From contig OZ220733.1 in assembly GCA_965116875.1 (NCBI GenBank), positions 3,008,001 through 3,072,000 of the forward strand: a DNA stretch of 64,000 bases, written 5' to 3'. The DNA is from Candidatus Latescibacterota bacterium (lineage in GTDB: Bacteria > Latescibacterota > UBA2968 > GCA-2709665). How positions within the stretch are numbered: position 1 is the first letter of the stretch; the number at the start of each line of letters is the position of its first letter. The notes beneath the pieces were generated by a model. It saw only the letters and a program-made list of their open reading frames with translations. It did no database searches and was not told where the DNA came from. Of this stretch, positions 51,872-61,390 are shown in pieces. A program made the translations under genes and the position numbers.

Positions 51872-52765
51872 ATGGAAAACGTCATTGAACACATTGATCT
51901 ATTGAAAGCGGAACTGGACGCATTGCGGCCACTGCCTTCGGACGTCGTGGGGCGGGTAGAACAGAAGCTCCGGATCGAGTCGAACTACCACTCCAATGCC
52001 ATAGAAGGCAACAGCCTTACCCTTGGGGAGACACGAAGTCTGATCCTCCACGGACTTACAGCGCACGGGAAATCGATGCGCGATCATCTGGATATCGAAG
52101 GTCACGACGAGGCGGTAAAGGCTATCGAACACGCGGACGATGACAAAGAAGTACTCAACGAGGTCTTCATCCGCAACCTCCACAGAAAGCTTTTGAAAGA
52201 GCCCTATGAAATCGACGCGCAGACCCCCGATGGGCGGCCCACGAAACGCCTCATTACAATTGGCAACTACAAGACTCAGCCTAATAACGTCCGTACCTCA
52301 ACGGGTGAGATCTATTACTTCACGCCACCCGATCAGGTAAAGCCGGCGATGAGCGATCTCATGGACTGGTATAGAAAGGCCGAGAGCCAGGGCGAGCATC
52401 CCATCGTCATCGCCGCCACGTTTCACTATCGCTTTGTCAGAATTCATCCGTTCGACGATGGCAACGGTCGCATGGCGCGACTCTTGATGAACATGATCCT
52501 GATTGTGCATGGTTACGCGGTTGCGATCATTCCCGTACAAAAGCGAAACCGATACATCGACTTTCTGGAACGGGCCGACAAGTCAGAAGACCTGGCCGAA
52601 TTCATCTCCTATGTTGCCGGTTGCTGCGAACATACACTGAACCTCCATCTGCGCGCTGCCCGCGGCGAGGATATCGAAGACGCCGAGGACATCGATAAGG
52701 AGATCGCGCTTTTTGTCAAAAAGAGCACAAGCAACACAATCGATGCGCACGATTTGCGCATATAG
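51872..52765 (+). CDS. Fic family protein
   Basis: HPFDDGNGRMAR Fic motif; N-terminal inhibitory motif SNAIEGN. Confidence 0.95.
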   Translation: MENVIEHIDLLKAELDALRPLPSDVVGRVEQKLRIESNYHSNAIEGNSLTLGETRSLILHGLTAHGKSMRDHLDIEGHDEAVKAIEHADDDKEVLNEVFIRNLHRKLLKEPYEIDAQTPDGRPTKRLITIGNYKTQPNNVRTSTGEIYYFTPPDQVKPAMSDLMDWYRKAESQGEHPIVIAATFHYRFVRIHPFDDGNGRMARLLMNMILIVHGYAVAIIPVQKRNRYIDFLERADKSEDLAEFISYVAGCCEHTLNLHLRAARGEDIEDAEDIDKEIALFVKKSTSNTIDAHDLRI

Positions 52766-52772
52766 GCAAACC

Positions 52773-53942
52773 ATGAGGCAATACGAGAAGACCCACCCCT
52801 GGATCACGTTTCAGATCGATCTCCGTGAAGTGCCCTATACGCTTTGGATCAAACTGGGTGAATGTACGTCCAAGATCGAGCACATCTCAAGGGTGCCACT
52901 GGTACATGACTCGGCGGAGGATCTCTATAAGATTTATCTGGCCAAGGGTGTCCATGCCACCACCGCAATTGAAGGCAATACCCTGTCCGAAGAGGACGTA
53001 CTGCGGCACATTGAGGGCGAACTGGAACTGCCGCCGTCACGTGAGTATCTGGCTCAGGAGATTGACAACATTGTTAAAGCGATAAACCTCACCATCGAGG
53101 GAATGCGGGAAGGGTCGGTTGAACCACTGGAGATTGAATGGATCATAGAGATGAATAAGGCTGTTCTCGACAAGCTCAATCAACAGGAAGGATCGACTCC
53201 AGGTACGATTCGGACCCATTCCGTGGGCGTGGGTGGGAGGTATCGAGGAGCGCCGGCAGAGGATTGTGAATACCTGCTGGAGAGGCTTTACCGGTGGTTA
53301 AGAGAAGAATTCAAGGCACCGGAAGGCGAAGAAATTACGTTTGCAACCATCAAGGCGGTACTAGCTCATCTCTACCTGGCCTGGATCCATCCGTTTGGCG
53401 ACGGAAACGGTCGCACCGCCCGGTTGGTGGAACTCGCAATCTTGTTGCAGGCGGGCATACCGGTACCCGCATGTCACCTGTTGAGTAGCCATTATAGCGC
53501 TACACGTGCCGAATACGCGCGGCAACTTGCGCGGACCAGCCAATCCGGAGGAGAGATTGTACCTTTTCTCTACTATGCCGTGCAGGGATTCCTCGACGGG
53601 CTTAACGGTCAGTTGGAGATGATCTGGAAACAGCATCTGGACATTGTCTGGCAGCACCATATATATCAACATTTCCCGAAACAGGATACCGTCGCCGGCA
53701 AACGGCGCCGCGAACTGTTGCTGGAACTATCAAAAAGCGATCAAGCAGTAAGCGCATTGGCGCTTACTTTGTCAATTGAGAGTTTAGGACCGTCGTACAT
53801 GAAGAATCCATTCATCATCACGAAGGATCTGCAATGGCTCACTGAAAAAGGTTGGATTTCAAAGGACGGGAATAGCTACGTCGCCAATAAAGAGACGATG
53901 CTGAATCTCCGGCCGTTTCGGGTGCCTTCAAGTGGGAGATAA
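52773..53942 (+). CDS. Fic family protein with probable C-terminal wHTH
   Basis: HPFGDGNGRTAR; TTAIEGN inhibitory motif; C-terminal KDL..L...GWI. Confidence 0.95.
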   Translation: MRQYEKTHPWITFQIDLREVPYTLWIKLGECTSKIEHISRVPLVHDSAEDLYKIYLAKGVHATTAIEGNTLSEEDVLRHIEGELELPPSREYLAQEIDNIVKAINLTIEGMREGSVEPLEIEWIIEMNKAVLDKLNQQEGSTPGTIRTHSVGVGGRYRGAPAEDCEYLLERLYRWLREEFKAPEGEEITFATIKAVLAHLYLAWIHPFGDGNGRTARLVELAILLQAGIPVPACHLLSSHYSATRAEYARQLARTSQSGGEIVPFLYYAVQGFLDGLNGQLEMIWKQHLDIVWQHHIYQHFPKQDTVAGKRRRELLLELSKSDQAVSALALTLSIESLGPSYMKNPFIITKDLQWLTEKGWISKDGNSYVANKETMLNLRPFRVPSSGR

Positions 53943-53951
53943 CTTCAATTG

Positions 53952-54263
53952 ATGAGGCCGAGAATCGACGTCCGGAAAAACAAGATCGCCGCATTCTGCC
54001 AGCGGAACGGAATCAAGCGGCTGGCGCTGTTCGGCTCGGTGCTACGTGACGACTTCACTGCGGAGAGCGACGTGGATGTGATCGTGGAGTTCGAGCCGGG
54101 CAAGACGCCGGGACTGAAGTACATCGACATGCAGGATGAGTTGTCGGTGATATACGGGAGAAAAGTCGACCTTCACACCTTCAGAGGGGTCGAAAGCAAC
54201 CCGAACTGGCTGCTTCGGAACGAAATACTAAACTCAGCGGAGGCGGTCTATGAGCAGACGTGA
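53952..54263 (+). CDS. MNT nucleotidyltransferase (MntA-type antitoxin)
   Basis: LFGSVLRDDF..ESDVD and GRKVDL. Confidence 0.92.
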   Translation: MRPRIDVRKNKIAAFCQRNGIKRLALFGSVLRDDFTAESDVDVIVEFEPGKTPGLKYIDMQDELSVIYGRKVDLHTFRGVESNPNWLLRNEILNSAEAVYEQT

Positions 54264-54312
54264 TGACCGAGCAAGCCTCGCGGATTTGCTTATGTACGCC
54301 AGAGATCTTTAA
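54250..54312 (+). pseudogene. N-terminal remnant of a HEPN/DUF86 toxin gene
   Basis: Overlaps the MNT stop as in mnt-hepn pairs; MSRRDDRASLADLLMYARDL* resembles DUF86 N-termini but stops after 20 codons. Confidence 0.6.
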
Positions 54313-54447
54313 CGTCTGATTGGGAAATTGGAGACAATCGTAAGAGAGTAGACGTAGAAACCCAACGCGGCCAGATGGTTGAGTCTGACCGGACACTCCG
54401 GCGTTCAACGATCTGGCCGCGTTTCGGTGTGATATCTGTTTCCATTG

Positions 54448-55185
54448 TCAGACAGAGACGGCGGTCCGCGCGAAGGCGGCGGCGAGGACGTAGAGGATCC
54501 AGAGGCCGAAGACCCCCATCCCCGCAAGCTTTGTCCGAATCCCCGCAACAGCCCCCAGACCCACCGCAATCAGCAGGTACTTCCATACGGCGAAGACGGT
54601 GATCATGGAAAGGAAGTGATCCGCGAAACCCCCTTTCATGGATTCAGACACAAACAGACCCAGGCCGACCTGCACCGATGGCGAATCCCATGCCGTGGCA
54701 AGCAGAACCGTAACGATGGCGGCGGGGATGACCACGAGGGAGCTGTAGCTCACAACGGCCAGGATCTTTTTGAACGTGCCGTCCCCGCCGAATACGAAAT
54801 TGGCAAGCGCGAAAAATATCACCGCCTGGACGAAAATCGTCACGGAAGTCCCGATGGAAGGGAGGACAACGGCGCCCAGGCCCATCACCCGCTGCGCGCT
54901 TTCCAGGGCCAGCGCCCGCTGTTCTTCCGTAAGGGATTCATCTTGCGCGAGCCGCTCCTGCATGGCCTCCATACCGGCCGTCTGCGCGGCGGGCATGAGC
55001 TGGTACGCGGAAATCATGCCCACAACCACGATGATGATCATTGGGAGATACCAGTCCCGGTGATCGACCTGCGCGTTTACCGCGGCGAATGTCCGTCCGG
55101 GTGAGACCAGGGCTCCGATCATCCTGCTGACGATTCCCATCTCCTCTCTACTCTTCACATCCTGGGCATCCGTGGATTCTTCCAT
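54448..55185 (-). CDS. Yip1 family membrane protein
   Basis: LVSPGRTF N-terminus, five TM segments, FGG.GTFK..L.VVSY; RBS GGAGGAG. Confidence 0.85.
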   Translation of the reverse strand: MEESTDAQDVKSREEMGIVSRMIGALVSPGRTFAAVNAQVDHRDWYLPMIIIVVVGMISAYQLMPAAQTAGMEAMQERLAQDESLTEEQRALALESAQRVMGLGAVVLPSIGTSVTIFVQAVIFFALANFVFGGDGTFKKILAVVSYSSLVVIPAAIVTVLLATAWDSPSVQVGLGLFVSESMKGGFADHFLSMITVFAVWKYLLIAVGLGAVAGIRTKLAGMGVFGLWILYVLAAAFARTAVSV

Positions 55186-55423
55186 TGTTTTCTCCTCCGA
55201 ATGTGTGTCTCGCTTCATTCAGGTTGCTCTCCCGATTCGAAGTGCAGACGTCTCCTGTAATATAAGCTCTCAGGCATAGAATACAAACCGGATGCCGCGA
55301 CGTGACGCTCGTCCACCGGACGGTTTACGGGTTGCGGAAGACAGGATGTTTCGGCAAAATGGGGGACACGTGGACCCGGGCTGATATGCGAATTTATCAT
55401 GCGAACGGAAAGGGGTGAACCGA

Positions 55424-58402
55424 ATGTCAATCGGGAAAAAGCGTAGCCGGTTTGTCAGCGCGGCGATGCGGTCGAACGCGGTAGCGAATGCGACGAAGCA
55501 CGGATGGGCGCGCGAGCAGCAGGAACGCGCGGTTGCGGCTGCCGGCGAGTGGGTGGACCGTTCGGACGATGCGCTGTGGGCAATGGTTACCGCACAGGAG
55601 CTTCCGCGGACGGTCTACACGAACGAAGGCGTTACCTATAAAGGCCAGCAGCCATACTGCCCCGGCTGCGGAGAGGAGGCGCCTGCGAAATCGGGACGCG
55701 AATGGTGGGAATTCAGCGACGCCAGGCCGTGGAAGATCTGGTGCGAACACTGCAAGGAGGTCTATCCGAAGAACGATTTCGGTGCTTTCTACGCGACCGC
55801 CCTGGACGCGCAAGGGATGTTCAGGCGCGAGTTGGGCGACCGGTCGCTTCTCTTCAACGCCGACCATCCCGACCCGTCGGATCCTCTGCGCGAGCTCTAT
55901 GTCGACGACGGCTACGGGATGTTCGACGAACAGGGCAACCGTCACGACATCATCGCGTACTACAATTTCGAAGCCGTATGGCGCCGGATACAGCGAGGCG
56001 TCGCCGCGCTCGCCGAAGCGTACTCGCTCACCGGCGACAGGCGATACGCTCACAAGGCCGGCGTACTGCTGTACAGAATCGCCGACGTCTATCCCGAAAT
56101 GGACTACCTGCCGCTGCACGAACTGGGATTTCAGCACAGCCAGGGCGGCTCCGGAAGAGGCCGTATCGAGGGGTGCATCTGGGAAACATTCGTCGCGCAG
56201 TGCCTCGCCCGAAGCTACGATCTCATATTTGACGGCATCCAGGAAGACGATGACCTGGTGGCGTTCTGCTCGTACAGGGCCGGACGATTCGCGCCGGGGA
56301 CCGAGAGCAGCATTGGCGTAATCTGCGGACACATCCACGAACATCTGCTGCTGGAGGCGCTCGCATCGGTGAAGGATGGCAGGATCAGCGGCAATACCGG
56401 AATGAACCACTCCTCCCTGGCAACCGCGGCGATCGCCCTGGACGACCCGGAATTGACGCCGCAGTGGCTGGACTGGCTGTTCGATCCCGGTTTTCCGGGG
56501 AAACACGCGGCGCAGAAAGACCCGGTGACCTGGGTGTTGACAGAGGGACTCGACAGAGACGGCATGGGCGGTGAGTGCGGCGGCTACGGGCTGATCTGGA
56601 CCCGCCACATGCGGGAATTGGCGCAGATTCTGTCCACGTATCCTGAGTACACGAAACACAATCTCGTCGCGGATTACCCCAAGCTCAAGCAGGCGTATCT
56701 GGTGGAGTCCCGGCTGAACGTGCTGGACGCGATGATGCCCAATACAGGTGACAGCGGCGCCGTTGGCGCATGGGGCAGGCAGGGCGATGCCGCGACCTAT
56801 GCCCGGGCGTACAGGCTGTACGGGGACCCGCGTTTCGCATCGCTGGCCTGGAAGGAGCACGTTGTGCACGGGTCCTCACTGCGCCTGGACGACGACATTT
56901 TCCGGGAGGATCCCGACGCGCTGATCCGGGAGATCGAAGAAGCCGGACACTTGGCGACAGGCATCCTGACAAGCGATCACTTCGGCCGGTACGGGCAGGC
57001 GCAGTTACAGACCGGAAGTCCGAAAAACGGTCGCGCGGTGTTTATCCACTACGGGCAGGGAAAGGGTCACTCTCACCACGACGCCCTCAACCTGGGACTG
57101 CTGGCGAAAAACGTGGCGATGATTCCAGATCTCGGCTACCCGGAATATACCGGGTCCTGGCCGAAACGGCACGCGTGGACGGCCAACACGATCAGTCACA
57201 ATACGCTGCTGGTGGGAGATACCAGGTCGGCATACAGCCCGGGCGGGCAGATCGAAACCTTCGCCGTTGAACCCCCATTGCGCGCCATCCAGGTGGATGC
57301 GCCCAATGCCTATGAGGAGATGCGAACCTACCGGCGTACGGTTGCGCTGGTGGACGTGGACGAGGACAACAGCTACGTACTGGACGTGTTTCGCGCGCGG
57401 GGCGGGGCCAACCACCGGCTGTCCTGGCACGGGGCCGCGGAAACGGCGCAGGCCGCGGGCGTTGAACTCGCCGGTCAGGATGGCGGCACGTTCGCCAGCC
57501 CGGACGTTTCGTTCGCCACGCTGGACGGCGAGAACGAGGAATTCTACAAGGAGAGCGGCTTCACGTACCTCTACGACGTTGCGCGCTCGACAGGCCCCGT
57601 ACAGCAATCCTACACCGTTGACTGGAAGATCGAAGACATCCGCGGCCGGATCCCGGAAGGCAGCGAACCCCATCTTCGCCTCCACGCGCTCACACCCTGC
57701 GACGAGGTCGCGCTGGCTACGGGAGATTCGCCGCGCCGGCTGCAACGGCCCAGATATCTCATCCAGAGCAGGCTGGGCGAGGAGGTTCAGAGCCGGTTTG
57801 TCAACGTCCTGGAAACCTTTGATACCAATCCGTTCATCGTTCAGGTACGCGATCTGGAGGTGAGACACGGAGGAGACGCCTGCACGGCGGGCGCCGTGGC
57901 CGTGGAACTGGCCGACGGTCGCAGGGACATCCTGATCAGCTGCGAGGAGACGATGGAAGTCGAGGTGGAAGGCGGAATCAGATTCAACGGGATGTTCGGA
58001 ATGATCCGGCAGGCGGGCAATGAGGTCCAACTGATGAGAATGATCGGCGGCACATCGCTCGCATCAGGGGGAACCGAACTGACGTCGGAACGGGCCGCCT
58101 GGCGCGGGACGGTTGCCCGGATCGACGCGTCCGATCCCGCGGACAATACGGTCGACCTGGATCCGCCGCTGCCGCGGGATGCAGACCTTGCCGGCCGGAC
58201 GATCCACTTCATCAACAATCTGCCGATGGACACGAGCTACAGAATCGCGGCCGTCACGGATAACGGGGTATCGACAGGCGACATTACGATTGTCAGGGGA
58301 CTCAGGGAAGGTACCGACGTCGCCAGCGGGTACACGTACCTCGTCAATCCCGGGGATAAGTACGTTGTGCCGGCGATCACAGCGTTCGGAGACGAAACTT
58401 AA
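55424..58402 (+). CDS. Heparinase II/III-like polysaccharide lyase family protein
   Basis: GN.GMN and E..GY in the alpha-toroid region; GHSHHDALNL, DLGYPEY and NTISHNTL in the C-terminal region; N-terminal CPGC/CEHC. Confidence 0.8.
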   Translation: MSIGKKRSRFVSAAMRSNAVANATKHGWAREQQERAVAAAGEWVDRSDDALWAMVTAQELPRTVYTNEGVTYKGQQPYCPGCGEEAPAKSGREWWEFSDARPWKIWCEHCKEVYPKNDFGAFYATALDAQGMFRRELGDRSLLFNADHPDPSDPLRELYVDDGYGMFDEQGNRHDIIAYYNFEAVWRRIQRGVAALAEAYSLTGDRRYAHKAGVLLYRIADVYPEMDYLPLHELGFQHSQGGSGRGRIEGCIWETFVAQCLARSYDLIFDGIQEDDDLVAFCSYRAGRFAPGTESSIGVICGHIHEHLLLEALASVKDGRISGNTGMNHSSLATAAIALDDPELTPQWLDWLFDPGFPGKHAAQKDPVTWVLTEGLDRDGMGGECGGYGLIWTRHMRELAQILSTYPEYTKHNLVADYPKLKQAYLVESRLNVLDAMMPNTGDSGAVGAWGRQGDAATYARAYRLYGDPRFASLAWKEHVVHGSSLRLDDDIFREDPDALIREIEEAGHLATGILTSDHFGRYGQAQLQTGSPKNGRAVFIHYGQGKGHSHHDALNLGLLAKNVAMIPDLGYPEYTGSWPKRHAWTANTISHNTLLVGDTRSAYSPGGQIETFAVEPPLRAIQVDAPNAYEEMRTYRRTVALVDVDEDNSYVLDVFRARGGANHRLSWHGAAETAQAAGVELAGQDGGTFASPDVSFATLDGENEEFYKESGFTYLYDVARSTGPVQQSYTVDWKIEDIRGRIPEGSEPHLRLHALTPCDEVALATGDSPRRLQRPRYLIQSRLGEEVQSRFVNVLETFDTNPFIVQVRDLEVRHGGDACTAGAVAVELADGRRDILISCEETMEVEVEGGIRFNGMFGMIRQAGNEVQLMRMIGGTSLASGGTELTSERAAWRGTVARIDASDPADNTVDLDPPLPRDADLAGRTIHFINNLPMDTSYRIAAVTDNGVSTGDITIVRGLREGTDVASGYTYLVNPGDKYVVPAITAFGDET

Positions 58403-58407
58403 CTCAG

Positions 58408-58787
58408 CTCACACAAAGACACAAAGGCACGGAGGCACAAAGGAAGCGAGGGGGGAAAGGCGGGCGCCCACAAGGGACGCCCCTACAAATGCAACATCGG
58501 TGCGGGACGGAACAACGCGCCCTGCTCTGGAAATGCTCGCGAGTGACTTCGCGCTCGATAGCATGATGCGTTTCTGATAGCGAACGATATGGCCTGGCAC
58601 CGCCAATCACGTACGTCAGCGCCAATATGTGGGCGACCGGCCGGTAGCCCCTACAATCTCAGTGGCGGCGATGGAGTGTCATCGTTCCAAGTTTCAGCCC
58701 TTCGCAACTTTCCCTTTTTCCTTCTTCCTTTTTCCTTCTTTTTGATTCTCTCCCGTCTCCCCGCATTTCTTCGTGACTTTGTGTGAG
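58408..58787. repeat. Composite intergenic repeat region: cacaaag-type inverted ends, two GTAG REPs, 103-bp block (copy 2), heptamer run
   Basis: IR ctcacacaaag (58408-58418) / ctttgtgtgag (58777-58787); minus-strand REPs at 58462-58486 and 58631-58654; block 58496-58598; (tttccct/ttttcct)n at about 58710-58738. Confidence 0.8.
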
Positions 58788-58818
58788 ATAAGGTTCTGCC
58801 ACGGCACCCACGGTCTTC

Positions 58819-59376
58819 CTATCTCATCCCCTTGTAATCCTCGCGGGTAATCTCGAAATCCAGCACCTTTCCGCCATCCACCTCTCGCGCGACGGTCAGG
58901 CCGAGCGATCGCCACAACGCCGCTGAGCGCGCATTGTCGATGTGTACGTCCATCGGGCAGAAGCGATCGATCCTCAGTTCATCAAACGCATGGGCCATCA
59001 GACAACGCACGACTTCCTTGCCGTACCCCCGACCCCACAGCGACTTGTCCCAGATCCCGATGGGCATGCGCATCACCCTCTCGCCCTCGATTTTTCCACG
59101 ATTCAGATTCATCCACTGAAGACACACTTCGCCGATGGTCCGGCCGCTCGCCTTCTCGACGATGGCAAACAGGAATCCCTGTTTCGCCATCGCCTTGCCG
59201 GCGCCTTTGAGATACTCGATCGTGACGGGTTCGCCCGGCGGTTCCGCTTCCATCGCATTCAGGAAATCGGGGTCCCGATAGAACGGAACGGCCAGATCAA
59301 AATCCGCCTCATCGAACGGCCGCAGCCTCAGGCGAGGCGTTTCCAGGTGAAGGTTGTGACCGGCAAAGTTCTGCAT
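58819..59376 (-). CDS. GNAT acetyltransferase, RimJ/RimL type
   Basis: LETPRLRLRPF, WGRGYGKE, N.RS..L...LG. Confidence 0.88.
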   Translation of the reverse strand: MQNFAGHNLHLETPRLRLRPFDEADFDLAVPFYRDPDFLNAMEAEPPGEPVTIEYLKGAGKAMAKQGFLFAIVEKASGRTIGEVCLQWMNLNRGKIEGERVMRMPIGIWDKSLWGRGYGKEVVRCLMAHAFDELRIDRFCPMDVHIDNARSAALWRSLGLTVAREVDGGKVLDFEITREDYKGMR

Positions 59377-59420
59377 TCTCCGGATTTCTTCCTTCCCGGT
59401 GTCGCGGTATGCGGCGGATC

Positions 59421-60419
59421 TCAACCCTGAGCCGAATACGACAGCTCCATCCCGTCTTCTGCGTCCACCGTGATTCGCAGAACGCAGGGGCGGACCAGGG
59501 TAGCAGGCACAGGTTGGCTGTTTACGCGGACCCGGGGATACCGGCACCACGCCGCGGGTACGTCCGCGTCCAGGGTGAGCGCCCGGCACGTGACCCGGTC
59601 GGACAACCCGTCCACGTTCAGCCGATAGCGCTTTTCGTCGGCGGTATCGGCGAGATCGGTAACCCTGGTGTGGCGTCGGGTGAGATGGTAGAAGATGGCT
59701 TCCTCGGGCACGGCGCACCACACGTCTTCGCCGCCTTCCTCGACGACGGCCTCAAAGCGGCGTCGGAGCTGTTCCGCGGTGCAGTCCTTGTTCGGGTGGA
59801 CCACCTCATCCAGCGGGCAGTGACAATAGTCGATGATCCATCCGCTGTCCGCCTGCGCATGGCGTATGTTTCTGTACGGATCGAACTCGCTGTAGAAGGG
59901 TTCGTAGAACTGGTCGTGCAGGGCCGTGCGGTTCAACCAGAAGAGTTCGTCGACGGGCCGGTTGAGCGCGTCCGTCAGGCTCATCGCGCCCAGGTAGCCG
60001 TACTCGCGACAGGCTTCCAGGACGTGATCCGCCATGTTCGTATTGTTCCCGGGCGAGCAGTAGAGGTCCACCGGTCCGTCGATGGCGTCCTCCAGTACCT
60101 TCTTCGCTTCCCTCAGTTCACGGTCCAGCATGTCCGGCCGGATCACTTCGTGGCTCCATGAGTGGTTGCCCACACCCCATCCGCGGTCGACCATCTCCTT
60201 CATTTCCTCACCGTTCATATGCCGGAAACCGTTGTAGCTGGAAGCGCCGAGTTGCCGGATTTCGCCGATGTGACCCGCTACCGCCTCCATGTGTCCCGGT
60301 ATTCCGAATGCTTCGTGAATCGGCACGGCGCGTTCGTGCAGTTCGATCAGGGCTTCGTCGTACGTTATGGAGTAGACCCATTTCTTTCCGTGTTTCCAGT
60401 CACAGATTCTGAGCGCCAT
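59421..60419 (-). CDS. Polysaccharide deacetylase (NodB/CE4-like) family protein
   Basis: SITYDE, GWGVGNHSWSH, Y..PG, WIIDYCH. Confidence 0.8.
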   Translation of the reverse strand: MALRICDWKHGKKWVYSITYDEALIELHERAVPIHEAFGIPGHMEAVAGHIGEIRQLGASSYNGFRHMNGEEMKEMVDRGWGVGNHSWSHEVIRPDMLDRELREAKKVLEDAIDGPVDLYCSPGNNTNMADHVLEACREYGYLGAMSLTDALNRPVDELFWLNRTALHDQFYEPFYSEFDPYRNIRHAQADSGWIIDYCHCPLDEVVHPNKDCTAEQLRRRFEAVVEEGGEDVWCAVPEEAIFYHLTRRHTRVTDLADTADEKRYRLNVDGLSDRVTCRALTLDADVPAAWCRYPRVRVNSQPVPATLVRPCVLRITVDAEDGMELSYSAQG

Positions 60420-60440
60420 AGCGTCTTCCTTTCTCCGGCT

Positions 60441-61244
60441 TTAACCTTGATTCGTCATTTTTCGGGGAGGTTGATCCGTTTCCGAATCCATGGCCTCCAT
60501 GAACGCCTGGAACGTGGTGCTGTATCCGATTTTCCATTCGAAAATGTGGATGCCGTAACGCGTGGCAAGACGCTCGTCAAAGGTGTCCGGACGTTCCACG
60601 CCCACCGTCCCGTCCCGCATCAATATGCAGCGGTATCCGCGCGACAGCATCGCCTGCCCGCCGCCTTCGGAGCCCAGAACGCACATATCGGCCGCGAATC
60701 CCGTGTAGATGAGGGTGTCGATGTCGTTGTCTTTCAAATATGCGTCCAGGGTGTCTGTGTAAAAGACCATCGGCTCGTCGCCGACGGGGGACACGATTGC
60801 AGCCCGGCGCATCTTCGCGAGCGGGGAGTGTTTCATATAGTCGGGGCCATGCGCGCGGTCCAGCATTTCCTTCTGGCGGCCGGTGGGTTTCCGGACGTTC
60901 GTCCTGTCCCGCCTGGACGGGATGTGCGGATACTGTTCGTCCATCCAGTCCGCTTCCACGTGTACCACGGGAAGGCCGATCGCCCGCGCCGCGTCCATGG
61001 CCGGGCGCATCACCTCGCACATGATGCGGTACCCTTCCGCGGTGGCCTCGGGCCAGCCCAGGTCCACGCAGTAGTCCATGTTCAGGGGAGGCCCGTCGGG
61101 GCAGCCGATGTTCCAGCAGTGCATGCCGATGAGCGCCGTTCGCCGGACGGGAAGCTCGAACCTGACCGATTCGTACCCCGGGCTGTCGATCGGCAGCGCG
61201 CGATAGTAGCGCGCATCCAGATGGATCGTAGCGGAATCCGGCAT
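60441..61244 (-). CDS. Isochorismatase/cysteine hydrolase family protein
   Basis: RTALI, AARAIGLPVVH, IDTLIYTGFAADMCV, LMRDGT. Confidence 0.82.
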   Translation of the reverse strand: MPDSATIHLDARYYRALPIDSPGYESVRFELPVRRTALIGMHCWNIGCPDGPPLNMDYCVDLGWPEATAEGYRIMCEVMRPAMDAARAIGLPVVHVEADWMDEQYPHIPSRRDRTNVRKPTGRQKEMLDRAHGPDYMKHSPLAKMRRAAIVSPVGDEPMVFYTDTLDAYLKDNDIDTLIYTGFAADMCVLGSEGGGQAMLSRGYRCILMRDGTVGVERPDTFDERLATRYGIHIFEWKIGYSTTFQAFMEAMDSETDQPPRKMTNQG

Positions 61245-61390
61245 GTCAAACGCCTTTCGGGAACGACGACGAAACGGAAGGAATTCACGGGATGCGCCGG
61301 CCTTGACAGTCCGTTGATAAAGTCGCTCTGCAGGCCTGCCAGTGACGTCCTGGCAGGCGGGTAGCCTGGATGGACTCTCTCAACGGACTG

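Noticed and set aside
52713-52772. Frameshifted single Fic-Fic gene, or an overlapping start at 52713
   Set aside because: Each ORF has its own complete Fic and inhibitory motifs, and ATG 52773 gives a natural start 7 bp after the first stop.
50458-58625. Small ORFs sharing IEREV.REHFQSRARCSVPHR (50458-50673 and 58404-58625)
   Set aside because: The similarity comes from the shared DNA repeat; there is no RBS and the flanks are unrelated, so they are treated as non-coding.
61334-61358. GC-rich hairpin gcctgccag/ctggcaggc between hydrolase genes
   Set aside because: No U-tract on either strand and a single copy; not enough to call a terminator or REP.
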